Position numbers and translations under genes: made by a program. From assembly GCF_009914755.1 (NCBI RefSeq), contig NC_060934.1: a DNA stretch of 64,000 bases. The stretch is one strand, 5' to 3'. The DNA is from the human T2T-CHM13v2.0 reference genome, Homo sapiens. Position 1 is the stretch's first letter. Each line of letters starts with the position of its first letter. The notes under the pieces are model-generated. The model saw nothing but the letters and a program-made list of their open reading frames with translations, was not told the origin of the DNA and ran no database searches. Positions 59,600-64,000 of the stretch are shown piece after piece.

Positions 59600-61175
59600 C
59601 CCCCTCCAGTGTGATCCTTTCCTTCCCTAAACCCCAGCCATTGACCCTCATCATCTTATTCTGTGTCTTGTCATCAGCAGAAACTGCATCTCTTTTGGAA
59701 TCTTGATTTTAAATGCCCTATGTCCTGGCTACTACCTTCCCTCCTTCTTGCTAACTTCCTACTCTCCTTTGCACTCACCCAGCAAAAATCACTCACTCAC
59801 CCAACCCTGGTTGAACCCAATGATCTACTTTCTTTGTGATTGGACTGAACTGCTGAATACTGTTTGAGAAGCTCACACTAACTGGCTTCACAATGAATTG
59901 CAAACCTGACTGATGGCTCAACTCTATGTAGAAATTCTGCAGTGCAACCCTGTAGGCATCCTAGCATCCAAGATGGCCTCATTACTGGCTGCTCCTTCTC
60001 CTTTGCCGATTCCGCCTCCACTTCCTGGTTTCTAAACAGACATTCCCAGGGCTTCCGCTCAAGACCTCTTTTCTTCTCTCCCATTCGTTCTGCTCTTTCC
60101 ACCTCTATTCGTTTCCATGAAACACCATCCATGTAACTGTGACTTCTAAATGTCTCTCTTTAATCCAGCGCTTTCCCCTGGGTGTTAGTCTGGTAAATTG
60201 TCTGTTGACATATTCAGTTGCTGACTCACAGGCGACTCAAACGGAACATATCCCATGTGAATTTCAAATCTCCCTTTCTGCTTCATCTAAAATTTCTCTT
60301 CCAGTGTTCTCTGTTTCTGTAGCTCGACCTTGTCACCGTCTACCCCCTTACTACAGCCCCAGACCCTCAATGTCTCCATTTTCCTCACCAGTCTTTTTCC
60401 TTTACACATTCGGCATTCGGCGACCTCCATGGATTCCACCTTCAAAAGAGCCATATCTCAAATCCATCTACCACTTTTCACCTCTGTCACCATCCCCAGG
60501 ACAGTCCATCATCATCTCACCTGGCTCATGATAATAGAGTCCTAAATGGCTTCCCTGTGGCCACTCTTGACCACTGTAGTCCACACTTCACCCAGTAGCC
60601 TGAATGATCTTTGAACAATGTCAATCACATTATCTCACTTCCTTGCTTAAAACTTGTCAATGGCTTCCCACCATGCCTCAAATTCCAGTGCAATCTTCCC
60701 TTACCTCCCTCATTAGCCACACTGGCTCCCATCCTCCCTTGCTCGTGATGCTCCAGTAACACTGATGTCCTTTTCAGATCTTAGAATATGTTGAACTCTT
60801 TGAACCTCAAGGTCTTTAATGGACTTTCCTTTCACCTGGATTAGTCTTCTTTGGTCTCTTCTCACAGCAGAAATTTCTCATCTCTTGAAACTCAGCTTGA
60901 GTGTCGTCTGAAAGATGCCTTGCTGTCCACCTCCTCTAATGTGTGTCTGACTCATTATTCTCTGTCGTGACTCTTTTTTCCCATTGAATGAAACCTCTCA
61001 TAATCCTAGTTATTTTATTTACTTGTTTATTGTCAGTCTTTGCCATTAGAATGTAAGTTCCATGGGGACAGACCCTGGTGAGTCAGGTTCACTGTTGCAT
61101 CCCCAGGACCTAAGACCATCTGTTACATTGTCAGTACTTAACAGGTGCCTGTTGAGTGAAACAGATGAGTGAATG
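59600..61175 (+). mobile_element. Diverged LINE-2
   Basis: Pyrimidine-rich L2 body with TAGAATGTAAGTTCCATG and a TGTTGAGTGAA/TGAATG 3' end. Confidence 0.7.
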
Positions 61176-61829
61176 TGAATCCCTCTGTGGATCATTCATC
61201 ATGACCTCGGAGGCCTTCGAAGCCTCACACAGGATATGCTCAGGTATTAGAGTTCTCCAGAGAAGCAGAACCCATTGGATATATCTGTATCTATATCCAT
61301 AGATATATCAGAGATTTACTATGGGAATTGGTTTATGCAATTATGGAGGCCGAGAAGTCTAAAGATCTGTTGTCTGCAAACTGGAGAATCAGCAAAGCCA
61401 GTGGTGACATTCAGTTCAAGTACAAAAGTCTGGGAACCAGGAAAGCTGATGTTGTAACTCCCATCTGAGGCCGAAGCCTCGAGAAGGAAGAGTTTCAATG
61501 TCCATAGGCAGAAAGAGAGGGATGCCTCACCTCACTCTGCTCACAGGCTAGTGTCTTTGGCAGGTTCTGAACTCCTTTGAAAGTAGGGTTCTCATATCCT
61601 GTCCAGCCTCATGCCCCTTTCTCACTTCTTACCCTGCAGCGCTTAGCTCTGTGTTTTGCACTCCACATGTATTGACTATATAAATAATTTAACTTTTCTA
61701 CTTTAGTGAAGAGGAAAAAAATTTTCACATACAGATTGAGAAATTTACTTCAACTGGCACACTTGGAGAGATGAGGATTTCAGGTCAGAATTGTTCACTC
61801 CGTGCCTCTCCAATACGATGAAAAGACCA

Positions 61830-62960
<1,131 letters not shown>

Positions 62961-62997
62961 GAGAGCATTGGAAGTAGAGCAGTGGATCTTAACTTAG

Positions 62998-63390
<393 letters not shown>

Positions 63391-64000
63391 GGCATACAAT
63401 TTTTAAAAATAAAATGTAAGCACTCAAACTTTCAAAGTTAATAACATGTGCTTATTGAAAATGAAGAGCACGTGGAAGACAGAACTCAGAAGTCACCTGT
63501 AATCACAAGCAGATTACATGTGACCTTGCTCTTCTAAGTCCTTGTGTGTGTATACACACATAATTGAATGCATATTGTTATGTTGTTGAGATCACACAAT
63601 ATGTATCATATTTTCACACACAATGAATATTTATCAATTTAAAGTCCCAAAGCCAAGAGTATTTTGATAACCAAGAATACACTACACCATTTCAATCAGG
63701 AAAAAAAATGTAATTTTGCCTTTCATGGAGACAAAAATTTCCTGAAAGACAAAAATGGCAACAGTCCTCTGAATAAAGATGTTGGCAGAGTTACAATTAA
63801 AATACTGTGTTCCGTTAATGCTCAATTTAAAATAGGGTATAAAGCAATGGGATATAATCCTTCTAAGAGAATGATCAGAGCTGTCCTAGTGAAATGTTAG
63901 CAAGAAGGTATGTGTCCACTGAGTTATTTAGCAGTGTATTCTTATAGTAACCCCCAAAGAGATACACACGTACATCAATGGTTATCATCAAGATGGAAAT

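Overview
Primate (very likely human) euchromatic DNA. It is repeat-dense, with about 45 Alus, L1/L2 fragments, MaLR/ERV solo LTRs and hAT/Tigger fossils, and has no intact protein-coding gene. Nearly all ORFs in the supplied track are Alu- or L1-derived or spurious. Firm calls are a processed syntenin-1 (SDCBP) pseudogene on the minus strand (~29.1-32.9 kb, interrupted by a THE1 LTR and four Alus), a 5'-truncated L1PA with target-site duplications, and solo MER9 and MER41 LTRs. From memory, the SDCBP copy may be SDCBPP2 at human 8q13.3 between SLCO5A1 and PRDM14; this is unverified. The most interesting signal is in the non-repeat sequence from ~35.5 to ~52.2 kb (possibly to 57 kb). There I can chain about 20 minus-strand AG...GT-bounded exon-like segments with compatible splice phases into ~3.4 kb (~1,100 codons) of stop- and frameshift-damaged reading frame. 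This is a candidate ancient, intron-containing disabled (unitary) gene that I cannot name. Also notable are a five-unit ~160-bp tandem array built from Alu monomers, a 200-bp local duplication of one relic exon, a MER41 LTR with two intact STAT GAS motifs, and a GC-box/RFX X-box/ETS promoter-like cluster.
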